From NCBI RefSeq assembly GCF_004010195.1, contig NC_057719.1, forward strand, positions 22,521,062 to 22,583,242: a stretch of DNA of 62,181 nucleotides, read 5' to 3'. Under the pieces are notes generated by a model. That model was not told the DNA's origin and searched no databases. It saw nothing but the letters and a program-made list of their open reading frames with translations. Of this stretch, positions 52,120-62,181 are shown in pieces (position 1 is the stretch's first letter; each line of letters opens with the position of its first letter). Origin of the DNA: Chiloscyllium plagiosum (Eukaryota). The position numbers and the translations under genes are program-made.

Positions 52120-52403
52120 CAAGATGGAAGCAGGCCCTTTGGCCCAACGAGTCCATACCGACCTCCGAAGAGCAATCCACCCTTGTCTAGTGTACCTAAC
52201 ACTATGGGCAATTTAGCGTGGCCAATTTACCTAACCTGCACATCTTTAGATTTTGGGAGGAAACTGGAGCACCCAGAGGAAACACACGCAGTCATGGGGA
52301 GAATGTGCAAACTCCACACAGACAGTCACCCAAGGTGGGAATCAAACCTGGGTCCCTGGCACTGTGAGGCAGCAGTGCTAACCACTGAATCACTGTACCG
52401 CCC
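52120..52403 (-). mobile_element. HE1-type SINE
   Basis: Reverse complement of SINE consensus. Confidence 0.85.
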
Positions 52404-54276
52404 ACATACAGCCCAAAGTAACTTGGACTTCTCCTTCCTCAAAAAAATTGGATGCATCATTTTGTGTTACCCCTGTTTCAATCGTAGAAGAAAGTAAATG
52501 TTAACTTTATATAGCACCTTCAGTCATGAAATACTTCACAATGAATGAATTGAATTGTAATAACTTTATTTATCAGCACACATGGCAGATATGGTGTGCA
52601 CAGAATGATTCCTTAAAGGTACAAGAAAATCACTGACCCATTCGTCTGTATTTTAGGGTGTTGATGGAGAGTCAAATATTAGATAGCCCGCTGTCTGACT
52701 TTCCCTGATTTCCTCATTGCTGTGTTGTAATCTCTATCTTCTGGTGGGGTATATGTGGTCCAATGTGTGGTTTTAAAATTTATGGAAATTTAGCATCAAT
52801 TGATAAATCAGCTCTTTTTGCCTATCCCTAATTGCCTCGAGGTTAGTTAAGCATCAACAACATTGTTGTGGGTCTGGAATCAGATGTAGGTCAGTCCAGG
52901 TAAGGATGGCAAATCTCCATCCTTAAAAGAACATTAGTGAAACAGATGGGGTTTTACAACAACCAGTAGTAGTTACATGGTTATCATTTCAATCCCAGAA
53001 TTTTATGTAATTCGAATTTCACTATTTTCCATAGTTTTTAACATTTACCTGAGGTTCTGGAATATTAGACCAGTGACATTACCACTGTGCCATCAAGACA
53101 GGATGTAAGGTCAGCCACTTTTTGGTTAACAAGAATAGTCTCGGTGGATTAAACGAGGTAGAATTCATTTTTTCTCTGCAACTAGTTATCAGTTATGAGA
53201 ATCTGCTCTACATTTTTACAAAGACTAATGAGAGGAATTAGCCTTAAATCTGTCTTACTCTCCTGCCAAATCTTCATGCTAACAATGGGCTGTGCTTATT
53301 ATAGTCAATCAAGTATCAAAACTTCCAGATTCTTCCAGACCCAACCACATAATTTTGAGAGATAACTATCACTGTTATACATTTGTTTATGTTATTAAAT
53401 TAAACACTATCCCATGAGGCCCAAACCTTTTGACTTTACAAATTGAAATGTTCTGCAGTGTTCACTACTCTCCCCAAATGTATTCTCATTGGACCTTGGA
53501 GAATGACAGTTTGGTGAGTAGATTTATCTTTGACAGTCCTCCCTGTGTGTGTTTCATGAAAGGCATTGCCCTTTGTGGAAGAGGAACATCTTTTTTGCAG
53601 TGTATTTAATCATAGATGGTGTTTTTTCCTTAGTGATGTTATCCATAGAGTTGCATGCATCCCATCTTATATTTGTGTCAACCGAGTTTTGATCCCAATC
53701 CTCCTCTAATCTGTAAATCCTGTTTTTCCAACTTGTTGATTAGTTTGGACATTTTAATTTGCCCTCAGTAATTGAATAATCAGTGAAACCAATTTGTTCT
53801 CTTTCTCAGTTCGATCACTTGAAAATTCCTTCTTCTTTGATTTTAATTCATATGATTCTTGACATTTCTTCTTTGGAATGTAGGGAAGTCAGATATCCCA
53901 CTTGAATCTGTCCTTTCCCATCAGCTCTGTATCTAACTTGTGCTTCAATTTTCAGAGCAATTTGCTCACTACATTGTATTGACTCAATGCATTTGCAGGT
54001 GATATCTTTACCTCAGTGGGATAGAGTGTTCTTTTGCTGTCTCTTTGTTTGCCTTTCTTTTCAAAGTTCAATTGCACTTGGAAGATTAAGTTTCAAATTT
54101 TGATAGCAGGAATATATTTCTGCCAAAACAATAGTTGCCACTTCCTTTTTCACTGATGGTATAAGGACTTCTTATTTGAATTTAATTACCTTCAGAGGAT
54201 TGTGCTTTTTGATCAGGTTTTGCCATTAGTATGAACACCTTTTTGTGTTTAACCCCTTTCAGCTTTTGCATATTTT

Positions 54277-55000
54277 TAGATTTGATTCCCTACAGTGTGG
54301 AAACAGGCCATTTGGCCCAACAAGTCCACACCAACCCTCCGAAGAGTAACCCACCTGGACCCATTTCCTTCTGACTAATGCACCTAACATGATGGGCAAT
54401 TTAGCATGGCCAATCCACCTAACCTGGCGAAAGTGAGTACTGCAGATGCTGGAGATTAGAGTCAAGAGTGTGGTCCTGGAAAATTACAGCAGGTCAGGCA
54501 GCATCTGAGGATCAGGAAAATCGACGTTTCGGGCAAAAGCCCTTCATCAGGAATGAGGCTGGGAGCCTTGTGGGTGGAGAGATAAATGGGTGGGGGTGGG
54601 GCTAGGGGGGCAGGGAAGGTAGCTGAGAGTGCAATAGGTGGAGATAAAGGTGATAGGTCAGAGGGGAAGATGGACAGAGTCATGAGGACAGTGCTGAGCT
54701 GGAAGGTTGGAACTGAGATAAGGGGAAATGAGGAAACCTATAGCGATGCCATGTGGTTGCAGGGTCCAGAGGCAGAAGATGATGTGTTCTTCCTCCAGGC
54801 ATTGGATGGTAAGGGAGTGGTGATGAAGGAGGCCCAGGACCTGCGTGTCTTTGCAATTCACCTAACCTGCACATATTTGGATTGTGAGAGGAAACCCATG
54901 CAGACACAGGGAGAATGTGCAAACTCCACATATGTTAGTTTAAACCCAGGTCCCTGGTGCTGTGAGGCAGCAGTGCTTACCACTGAGCCATTGTGCCACC
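54277..55000 (-). mobile_element. HE1-type SINE split by a PLE insertion
   Basis: SINE halves at 54277-54426 and 54854-55000. Confidence 0.85.
54427..54853 (-). mobile_element. 5'-truncated PLE with intact hammerhead core and 16-bp TSD
   Basis: LEEEHIIFCLWTLQPHGI endonuclease end; CTGATGAAGGGCTTTTGCCCGAAACGTC (54550-54523); TSD caatccacctaacctg / caattcacctaacctg. Confidence 0.88.
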
Positions 55001-55360
55001 CTAATTACAAGTGTTTTTACATCCTTGGCTGCTTGTCAACTCTCAGCTTTGAACTTTGCCACATTCCAGTTGCCAATGAGAATGAATTAAAAATCTGTCC
55101 CTATTATCATTGAGAAGAACAATGCTATCAGCAGCTTGAGAACACCACCATCTGAAAGTTGCCTTCTAAAACACACATGATCCTGACTTGGACTCACAAG
55201 CCTGATCTTTCATCACCACTGGCTCAACATGCTGAAGCTTGTTGTTGAAGTCAATACGTGACTTTTATTTAGGAGAGAGAATTCCTAGTTCTGAAGTACA
55301 AACAAGTTTTTTTTTGTGTTTGGTGTGCCCTGTGGTAGAGAGTTGCTTATATCATATCTT

Positions 55361-55688
55361 TAACGTTAAGTTCAATGCACACCTAACCCATGCAGTTGAA
55401 CTTCTGTAAATTGGAAACAGTATTTTGTCAACACAGATTTGCTCTCAGATAATATTGTGAAACGTGCTTCTGTGTCTAACAGGATACCGAAAATTTTCCT
55501 TGGGGAAATAATAATAGACCAAACATTTTGGCAAGATAACATTTTTTCAATGTATAAACTATAAACTTCTATTAAAGACAACAGCAATTTTTCCAATATT
55601 ATCAGATAACACACCTTTGTTGACAAATCACTACTTAAGACTTACAGAAGTTCAACTGCATGGACCGGGGGCATTAGACTTCACATTA
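55361..55688. mobile_element. Palindromic MITE-like element
   Basis: Perfect 22-bp inverted repeat 55388-55409 / 55642-55663 inside ~110-bp imperfect arms. Confidence 0.65.
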
Positions 55689-55914
55689 GGCCTTCCTCCC
55701 AATACAGATTTTCTGACTTCTCTGTGTGGCTGTATCTTACATAGAGACAATTTCAGAAAGTAACCTATTGTCTTACAAAAATAGCAGTTGGTTTTAAAAG
55801 CTTAGCGTTTTTCAGATCAGTGAGGTTTATTGGCAAGAACTTTTAATATCTGTCACATGTCAGTCCTGTCTCATTGGCTTTTCATATGTATCTGTGAACC
55901 TTAAGAGACATTGA

Positions 55915-58215
55915 GTGAGGGATTTCAATGTCTATAACCAAACGTGGCTCAGCAACAGTACCATTGATCAAGCTAGTCAGGTCCTAAAGGACACAGCTGC
56001 TAGACTAGTCCTGCTGGAAGTGGTGAGGGAACCAAAAAGAGGGAAAAACATACTTAACCTCATCCTTACCAGTCTGCCAGCTGCAGAAGCATCTGTCCAT
56101 AATGTGTCGGTAACAGTAACCACCAAACAGTCCTTGTGGAGACAAAGTCTTGTCTTCACATTGAGAATAACATCCATCGTATTGTGTGGTACTATCACCA
56201 TGCTAAATGGGACAGACTTCGAACAGATCTAGCAAATCAAGACAGGGCATCAATGAGGTGCTGTGGGCCATCAACAGTGGCAGAATTATACTCTGGCACC
56301 ACCTGTAACTTCATGGCCCAGCATATCCTCCACTCAACCAATACCATCAAACCAGGGAATCAACACTGGTTCAATGGAGACTACAGGAGGCCATGCCAAG
56401 AGCAGCACCAAGCATACCTGAAAATAAGGTGTCAACCTGGTGAAACCTCCAAACATGACTAATTGCATGCCAAGTAGCATAAGCAGCAAGTGATAGAGAG
56501 AGATAAGTGAGCCCACCTCCATTAGGTCAGATCTAAGCCCTGAAGTCCTGCCACATCCAGTCATGAATGGGGGTTGACAATTAAACTAGACAATTCCATT
56601 GGAATAAGAGACTCCACACATGTCCCCATCCTCAATGATGGAAAGTGCAGTACATCAATGCAAAAGGTAAGGCTGATGCTTTTGCAGCACACTTTAGCCC
56701 CAAGTACCAAATGGATGATCCATCTTGGGTTCCTCATAAGGTTCTCAGCATTACAGATACCAATCTTCAGCCAATTCTATTCAATCTATGTGATATCAAA
56801 GAATGCTTGGAGACACTGTATACTGGGCCCTGACAACATTCCAGCAATAGTACTGAAGACTTGTGCTCCAGAACTTGTCACTCCCCTGGTCAAGCTGTTC
56901 CAGTACAGTTACAATACTGACATCGACCCGACACTGTGGAAAATTGTCCAAGTATGTCCTGGAAATAAAAAGCAGGACAAATCCAACTTGGCCTAGTTCT
57001 GTCCCATCAGTCTACTCTCAATCATTAGTAAAATGATGGAAGGTGTCATCAACAAGCAGCACCTGCTCAGCAATAACCTGCTCAGTGACATTCAGTGGTT
57101 CTGCCAGAGCCACTGAGTTCCTGACTTCACTACAACCTTGGTTCAAACAAGGACAAAAGTGATGAATTCACGAGGTAAGGTGAGAGTGACAGCCCTTGAC
57201 ATCAAGGCTGCATTTGACTGAGTGTGGCATCAAGGAGTTCTAGCAATGGGTATCAGCAGGCAAACTCTCTGGTGGTAGGAAGATGATTTTTGTTGTTGGA
57301 GGTCAGTCATCCCAGCTCCAGGCCATCTCTGCAGACGGTCCTCAGGGTAGTGTCCTAGGCCCAACCATTTTCAGCTACTTCATCAATGACCTTCCCTCCA
57401 TCATAAGGTCAGAAGTAGGAATGTTCACTGATGATTGCACAATGTCCAGCACTATTCACGTCTCTTCAGATACTGAAACAGTCTGTGTCCAAATGCAACC
57501 AGATCTGAACAATATACAGGCTGGTGCTGATAAGTGGCAAGTACCATTTGCGCCACATAACTGTCAGGCTATGACTATCACCAACAAGAGACAACCTAAT
57601 AACACCCCTTGACATTCAAACATAATGGCTGCAAGAGACAGTCAGAGGCTAGGAAGACTGCGCTGAGTAATTCACCCCCTGACTCTCCACAGCCTTTCCA
57701 TCATCTATGAGACACAAATCAGGATTTTGATGGAATACTCCCCACTTGCATGGATGAGTGCAGCTCCAGCAACAATCAAGAAGCTTGACACAGTACAGGA
57801 CAAAGCAGCCTCCTTGATTGGTATTATATCCACAAGCATCCACCACAAAATGCTCAGTAGAGGGAGTGTGTACTATCTCCAAAATGCATTGCAAGAATTC
57901 ACCGATGATCCTCAAACAGCACCTTTCATTACCACTTCCATCTAGAATGACAAGGGCACCAGATACAGGGCCACTCCATCACCTTCAAGTTCCTATCCAA
58001 TCCATTCACCATCCTGACTTGGAAATATATTACCGTTCCTTCACTGTCGCTGAATCAAAATCCTGGAATTCCCTTCCAATGGCATGTGGGTCAACCCACA
58101 GCAGGTGGACTGCAGCGGTTCAAGAAGGCAGCTCACCACCACCTTCTCAAGGATAACCATGGATGGGCAATAAATGCTGGCCAGCCAGCGATGCCCACAT
58201 CCCACAAAAGGAATA
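55915..58215 (+). mobile_element. L2/CR1-group LINE (EN+RT), decayed
   Basis: DFNV..REPKRGKNILNLILT, GPDNIPAIVLKTCAPEL, PQGSVLGP..INDLP..FTDDC; tail gggcaataaatgctggccagccagcgatgcccacatccc. Confidence 0.88.
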
Positions 58216-59235
58216 AGTAATAAGAGAAGAGTTAAATTTGGAAGCTCACTTGTGCCAAATTTGATATTCTTCACTTAGTATTGATCTGTGCTGCTTCTGA
58301 ACCTTTGCTTCATTCATAATCTAAAGGCTTTCTACAGTCAGGTTTATAATGGGCAAAATAAATTTGATAAAAACTCATCAATAATACCTATAGCAACTTG
58401 ATCTCTTATAAATTATGACATTAGGTCACCATAATCGCAGCTTTCCGCTGATCTTTAGAAATTATTAATGAAATGAGCTATAGATTTTTCTGGTATTTGC
58501 ATTCTTCAATTAAATCTTTCTCTCTCAAACATATTGTTAGCTCTGGGTTGAAATAATGGTCAAAGTCTTTCATTACATTTTCAAATGTTTCATTTATCTG
58601 TGTTGTGGAATAATATCATCCTCAATATTTGCGAATAGAAGTGTAATGACTTGTGCAATTTCTGACTTAGTGTCAAGTTCAGAATACCAAAAGATCCAAG
58701 ATACTAAAAGAGCTGCTTTCTCCAGAATGTCCAATTTATATGCACTTTGGCCCATTGCTGAAATTTAATCCATTCTGGCAATAATATTTTGACACTGTGA
58801 TATTTGTCCTGAATCTCACTGCTGGCACCTTGTGATGTCTGCCACTGCTGCTTGTATTCAGTCATGTCTGACATACTGTTCTGCTCAGTATTCCTTTGTT
58901 TATACTGTGTCTACAGTCCGTGTAATTGTCATTGGTAGAGCATAAACTATTGGTGGGTCTAAGGAGAGGAATTTATTTTGGTTAGCAATATTGTTCTTGT
59001 CTAATAACAACAATCACAACTTACACCACGAAACAGACATGATTACTGAGGACTCTTAGGAGCTGTACAGATTAAATCCGCTCCGTATGAAGGCCAATGT
59101 TGAGATGCTTGTGTTGGGAAGAGTGAGTGTTATTGGGAGGATGAGCAAACTGACCATAACACCATGGTACAGGGAACCAATCAAGGGGGAGAAAAGAGAA
59201 ATATATTTGGAATCAGAGGTAATATAGTCACTGTC

Positions 59236-61810
59236 CTCAGTGTTGAAAAGTGTGGCGTTGGAAAAACACAGCAGGTCAGGCAGCATCCAAGAAGCAGGAG
59301 AGTCGACATTTCAGCCGTAAGCCATTCATCAGGAATGGTGGGGTGAGGTGGGGGGGATGTCGGTGGGATGAGAGATAAATAGGAATGTGGGGGTGGAGGT
59401 AAGGTAGCTGGGAAGGGAAACTGGTGAAGTCGACGTTGATGCCGTGTGGTTGGAAGATCCCAAGGCGGAAGAGAGGCATTTTTCTTGAGTCATCAGGTGG
59501 CTAGGATTTAGTGGTGGAGGAGGCTCAGGACATGCATGTCCTTGGCAGAGTGGGAGGGGGAGTTGAAGTGGTCAGTCACAGGGTGGTGGGGCTGTTTGGT
59601 GCTTGTGTCCCAGAGATGTTCCCTGAAACATCCCGTGAGGTAGCATCTTGGCTCCCCAATATAGAGGAGACCACATCGAGAGCAACAGACACAGTAGGGT
59701 CATAGACTGCTGGAGATGCACAGCACGGAAACAGACCATTCGGTCCAACTCGTCCAAGAAAACCAGATAACCAAAACTAACCAATCCCATTTGCCAGTCA
59801 TAGGGTCATAGAGTCATAGAGATGTACAGCATGAAAACAGACCCTTTGGTCCAACCTGTCCATGCCGACCACATATCCCAGCCCAATCTGGTCCCACCTG
59901 CCAGCACCCGGCCCATATTCCTCTAAACCCTTTCTAATCATATACCTATCCAGATGCCTTTTAAATATTGTAATTGTGCCAGCCTCCACCACTTCCTCTG
60001 GCAGCTCATTCCATACACGCACCACCCTCTGAGTGAAAAAGTTGCTCTTTAGATCTTTTTTATATCTTTCCCCTTTCATCCTAAACCTATGCCCTCTAGT
60101 TCTGGAATCCCCCACCCCAGGGAAAAGACTTTGTCTATTTACCCCGTTCATGCACCTCATGATTTTATAAACCTCTATGAAGTCACCCCTCAGCCTCCGA
60201 TGCTCCAGGGAAAACAGCCCCAGCTTGTTCAGGTGTTTGCAAGTGCAGGGAAATCTCTGGTGAATGTGAAAAAATCCTTTGTGGCCTTAGACAGAGGTGA
60301 GGGGGGGAGGTGTGGATGCAGGTTTTACACCTCTTGCGGTGGCAAGGGAAGCTGCTGGGAGTGGGTAGTGGGTTGGTGAGGAGCATGGATCTAACAAGGG
60401 AGTCATGGAGAGAATGGTCTCTGCAGAATGCTGACAGGGGTGAGGAGAGAAATATATCTCTGGTACTAGGGTCTGACTGTCAGTGGCGGAAATAGTGGAG
60501 GATAATGCACTCTATCCAAAGATTGGCGGGGTGGAAGGTGAGGAGCGGGGGACTCTATCCTTGTTGTGGTTGGAGGGGTGGTGTTCAAGGATGGAGGTGC
60601 AGGAAGTGGAGGAGATGTACTGGAGGATATTGTTGATCATACGGGAGGGGAAATTGTGGTCCTGAAAATAGAAGGCTAACTGGGATGTCCTGGTGTGGAA
60701 TGAGAGCAGATGCAATGAAGGCAGAGGAATTGGAATAAGGGATCACATTTTAACAGGGTGTTGGGAGTAGGTGTAGTTCAGGTAGCTGTGGGAGTCTGTG
60801 TGTTTGAAGTAGATGTCCATGTTGAGTCGGTTGACAGAGATGCAGACGGAGAGGTCCAGGAAGAGGATGGGAGTGTCTCAGATAGTCTAGGTGAACTTAA
60901 GGTCAGGGTAGAAGGTGTTTGTGAAGTTGATGAACTGTTCAACCTCCTCGTGGGAGCACAATGTGGCGTTGATGCAGTCATCAAGGTAACGGAAGGAAAG
61001 ATGGGAGATGGTGCCAGTGTAACTGTGGAAGATGAACTGTTCCATGTATCTGATGAAGAGGGAGGCATAGGTGGGGCCCATGTGGGTACCCATAGTTACC
61101 CTTTTGGTCTGAAGGACGTGGGAGAATTCAAAGAAGAAATTGTTGAGGGTGAGTACCAGTTCAGCCAATCAAATGAGTGTGTCGATGAACAAGTACTGGT
61201 TAGGTTGGTGGGAGAGGGAGAAATGGAGGGCTTGCAGGCTTTAGCCATGGCAGATGGATATGTATAAGGACTGGTTGTCCAGGATGAAGATGGGGCATTG
61301 CAAGCCAGGGAAATGAAAGTCATGGAGGAGGTGGAGGGTGTGGGCAATGTTCCAAAACGTTGTGGGATGCTCCTGGACCACAGGGGACAGGACAATGTCA
61401 AGGAATGAGGAGATAAGTTTGGTGGGGCTGAGGCAGGCGGAGTTGATGGGTATACCGGGGCAGTCAGCTTTGTGAATTTTGGGTAAGGGGTACAACCAGG
61501 CAGTGCGGGGTTCCGGGACTATGAGGTTCGAGGCTGTAGATGGGAGATCCCCTGAGGTGACGAGGTTGTGGATGGTCTGGGAGATGATGGTTTGGTGATG
61601 GCATGTGGGGTCATGGTTGAGGGTGCAGTAGGATGAGGTGTCTGTGAATTGGTGCCAGCTTTAGCCATGTAGAGGTTGATGCGCCAAACAACCGCTGCTG
61701 ACCCCCCTTGTCCACTGGTTTAATGGTGAGGTTGGGGCTGGAGTGGACGGATTGGAGGGCTGAGCTTTGTGAGGGTGAAAGGTTGGAGTGGGTGAGAGGG
61801 TGGACATTTG
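59236..61810 (-). mobile_element. Penelope-like retroelement (RT + GIY-YIG), same family as 23342-30240
   Basis: LTIKPVDKGG, PKIHKADCPGIPI, TMGTHMGPTYASLF, FRYLDDC, CHRKRCKTC, LLYIGE. Confidence 0.9.
59698..60230 (-). mobile_element. CR1 3' fragment plus a second short tail copy, inserted in PLE
   Basis: SRTRGHRFRMKGERYKKDL; tail (actctatg)n at ~59798-59820; extra tail fragment at 59698-59797. Confidence 0.88.
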
Positions 61811-61896
61811 AGACAAAGGAGAGCCAGTGGACATGATCTATTTGGCTTTGACTACATTCTGCACAAGACACTACGAGACAAGACCCCATGATATTA

Positions 61897-62181
61897 GGGG
61901 AGAAAGTGAGGAATGCAGATGCTGGAGATCAGAGCTGAAAATGTGTTGCTGGAAAAGCGCAGCAGGTCAGGCAGCATCCAAGGAACAGGAGAATCGACGT
62001 TTCGGGCATAAGCCCTTCTTCAGGAATGAGGAAAGTGTGCCCAGCAGGCTAAGATAAAAGGTAGGGAGGAGAGACTTGGGGGAGGGGCGTTGGAAATGCG
62101 ATAGGTGGAAGGAAGTCAAGGTGAGGGTGATAGGCCGGAGTGGGGTGGGGGCAGAGAGGTCAGGAAGAAGATTGCAGGTTA
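61897..62181 (-). mobile_element. Young PLE 3' terminal repeat (runs off the window) with intact hammerhead core
   Basis: CTGAAGAAGGGCTTATGCCCGAAACGTC on minus strand (62023-61996); near-identical to the arm at 36931-37013. Confidence 0.88.

Noticed and set aside
53600..54250. Lys-rich minus-strand coding-like stretch
   Set aside because: Many stops; probably a very old LINE remnant, but not classifiable
7980..61810. Intact reverse transcriptase genes, retrons or DGR-like systems
   Set aside because: All RT frames are broken by stops/frameshifts and belong to ordinary eukaryotic LINE/PLE families

Overview
This is eukaryotic, not prokaryotic, DNA. It is a repeat-saturated intronic or intergenic window whose repeat complement points to a shark (inferred; carpet/bamboo-shark-like). 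It carries tRNA-derived HE1/V-SINE-type SINEs, several CR1 LINE subfamilies (one near full-length with 5'UTR/ORF1), a Rex1/Babar LINE, an L2/CR1-group LINE, several Penelope-like element (PLE) families, LTR/Gypsy remnants and a probable Harbinger remnant. No host gene can be confidently called; nearly all ORFs in the track are decayed transposon frames or antisense shadows. The most unusual feature is a ~3.9 kb, 27-bp minisatellite (26.4-30.2 kb). It expands the Thr/Ser/Ala linker of a 5'-truncated PLE that appears to split a solo LTR, and it produces >1100-codon ORFs on both strands. Also notable are many minimal hammerhead-ribozyme cores in PLE terminal repeats, short fold-back PLE-derived elements with 13-17 bp target-site duplications (TSDs), and a ~330 bp palindromic MITE-like element at 55.4-55.7 kb. 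Family names come from motif recognition only, with no database search, and boundaries are approximate.
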